From Nitrospirota bacterium (GTDB taxonomy: Bacteria > Nitrospirota > Thermodesulfovibrionia > UBA6902), in the NCBI GenBank assembly GCA_011040095.1, contig DRDE01000038.1, positions 1-37,989 of the forward strand: a stretch of 37,989 nucleotides of DNA, in the 5' to 3' direction. Below, piece by piece: positions 36,294-37,989 of this stretch. Every line of letters starts with the position of its first letter. The stretch's first letter is position 1. A model generated the notes under the pieces. That model ran no database searches. It was not told the DNA's origin and saw nothing but the letters and a program-made list of their open reading frames with translations. Both the position numbers and the translations under genes were made by a program.

Positions 36294-37989
36294 TCAAACG
36301 GCATCCCCTGCCATTGTAACTGCCAGAACCTTATCCCTGAGCGCCCGCAGATAATTCAGGAATTCCCCCGGTGTCCTGTGGTCCATAAACCTTGCCGACA
36401 GCTCTGTAATATATGCACCCTCGGCAATTACCTGTTCTTCATTAAGCCTCAAAAAAGTTTGAAGCCTTCTGTAATATTCATAGGCACTGAAAAGTGTGTC
36501 CCTCTCCGCAGGGTTCAGTATTTGCTTTTTAGCCAAGCGGCTGATTGCCGCCAACGTGTTCTGCACCAGGATTTCCGGGAATCTCCGCGCATGGTGAAGC
36601 TGCAGGAACTGGACATAAAACTCTATCTCTTTGATCCCCCCGCTGCCGAGTTTTATATCCATGCCCTCTGCCTCATGTGAGAGCTCTTTTATTATCCTTG
36701 CTCTCATTGCCGTAATATCGTCTTTCCTGATATCACTTCCTCTTTGCAGTATCACATCTTTCGCCATATTAATAAATGACCGGGAGAGTTTTTCATTCCC
36801 TCCGAGCGGCCTTGCCTTGAGAAGGGCCTGTATCTCCCAGTTCCGGGCGTTTTTAAGATAATAGTTCCTGTATCCCTCAATGTCTTTAACAAGTATCCCC
36901 TTTGATCCGTCAGGCCTTAATCTCGTGTCCACGCTATAGAGCATCCCCATGTCAGTGTATGATGTGAGGACTTTCATTATCTTTTCGGCAAGTGTCATGG
37001 CCTCCGGCGACCCGGATACAAAAACTATATCAATATCCGATCCAAAGGTCATTTCCCGGCCCCCGAGTTTTCCGAAGGCTATGACGGATAATTCATTACA
37101 CCCGAATTTTTGGAGAATCACTTTGATAATTGCCTCTGCAAGATGTGACAGGCCCCTGAAAAGGTCTTCTGTTTTCAGGATTCCAAGGAGGAACAGCATG
37201 CCGGAACGCACTTCTTCAAACCTCCTGTACCTTGCAAGCTCTGAATTGAAATCCTTACTTCCCTCTGTGGTCCGGCGTAATTCCCCCTCCATATTGCCGA
37301 GGCTTTTAACTATACTCCATTCTTCTATCAATATATCGAGATAGTAGTGGCTGCTCAGGAATATCCTTGTGAGATAGGGACTGAGAGAGAATATTTTCGT
37401 GATGCCCGTCATTAATTCTTTAAGCTCCATAATGGCCGTGAGATGGGCTGTTTTTATATCATACGTTGTCAAGAGGCTTTCAAGCCCTGCAAGCGCCCTG
37501 TCCGGGCTTTCGGCCGTCAGGGCGTTTTCAAGGAGCCGGGGCATGACCTCTCTTATAAGGGAACGTTCCTGCATGGTTCGAAAGGCGCTCATATGCTCTC
37601 TTATGTTTTTCATGTTAATCAGGCATTTCCCGGCATGCCTTACCTTCCTGAATGAAAGGTATCCGGAGAGCTCTTCATCACTCAGTTTTCCCTCAAGCAG
37701 GTTCAATGCCTCGGCATGGACGTCCTCCCTGGTGCCGAGCAGAGAGTTGTACATATTTTTTGTCTGCATCCTCCTGAGACGCAGACTTGCAAGGAAATCA
37801 CTTTTAGACGGAAAACCCATCGACCTTGCGATAACCTCCGTCTCTTCATCGGATGGCGGAAGCGTATGAGTCTGCAGGTCTTCTTTCATCTGGAGATAGT
37901 GCTCAAGACGTCTGAGGAAAAGATAGTTTCCTCGGAGAGTGACGAGGTCCTCTTCCGGCGCCATCTTCATCTCCCGGAGTACGCGTATG
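36294..37989 (-). CDS. glnE: Glutamine synthetase adenylyltransferase, 3' part (5' end beyond the window)
   Basis: FLRRLEHYLQ..QTHTLP, GKLGGREM.FGSDID, VDTRLRPDG, WEIQALLKAR, DIKLGSGGIKEIEF; the frame is open to the window edge. Confidence 0.93.
   Translation of the reverse strand, partial: IRVLREMKMAPEEDLVTLRGNYLFLRRLEHYLQMKEDLQTHTLPPSDEETEVIARSMGFPSKSDFLASLRLRRMQTKNMYNSLLGTREDVHAEALNLLEGKLSDEELSGYLSFRKVRHAGKCLINMKNIREHMSAFRTMQERSLIREVMPRLLENALTAESPDRALAGLESLLTTYDIKTAHLTAIMELKELMTGITKIFSLSPYLTRIFLSSHYYLDILIEEWSIVKSLGNMEGELRRTTEGSKDFNSELARYRRFEEVRSGMLFLLGILKTEDLFRGLSHLAEAIIKVILQKFGCNELSVIAFGKLGGREMTFGSDIDIVFVSGSPEAMTLAEKIMKVLTSYTDMGMLYSVDTRLRPDGSKGILVKDIEGYRNYYLKNARNWEIQALLKARPLGGNEKLSRSFINMAKDVILQRGSDIRKDDITAMRARIIKELSHEAEGMDIKLGSGGIKEIEFYVQFLQLHHARRFPEILVQNTLAAISRLAKKQILNPAERDTLFSAYEYYRRLQTFLRLNEEQVIAEGAYITELSARFMDHRTPGEFLNYLRALRDKVLAVTMAGDAV

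Overview
Bacterial window, probably Nitrospirota or a related anaerobic diderm (inferred from gene style and content, not tested). Left part (1 to ~22,750) is an accessory region. It holds a frameshifted secreted repeat protein on the minus strand, then a long plus-strand cluster of exported proteins: PEP-CTERM protein, 1262-aa PKD/discoidin/FlgD-Ig protein, signal-peptide Rhs protein with a Cys-rich GPNSNT-type C-terminal domain, beta-propeller candidate immunity protein, acidic secreted protein, TolB-like propeller, FlgD-Ig lipoprotein, DUF1573 lipoprotein, Fe3+-type ABC transporter and a secreted ChrB-C protein. Intact and decayed toxin-antitoxin modules are interleaved. Right part is housekeeping: tRNA-Val-thrS-infC-rpmI-rplT-pheS-pheT, lipid kinase-bioW-bioB, acylphosphatase, higA with an almost fully deleted higB, flavodiiron protein, AI-2E transporter and the 3' part of glnE. 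Intergenic DNA carries several MITE/REP families, one nested. Best candidate for an undescribed system: the Sec-exported Rhs cluster with no T6SS genes in the window. Also notable: thrS and infC both appear to use non-AUG starts (AUU, AUA). All family assignments are by motif recognition; no searches were run.
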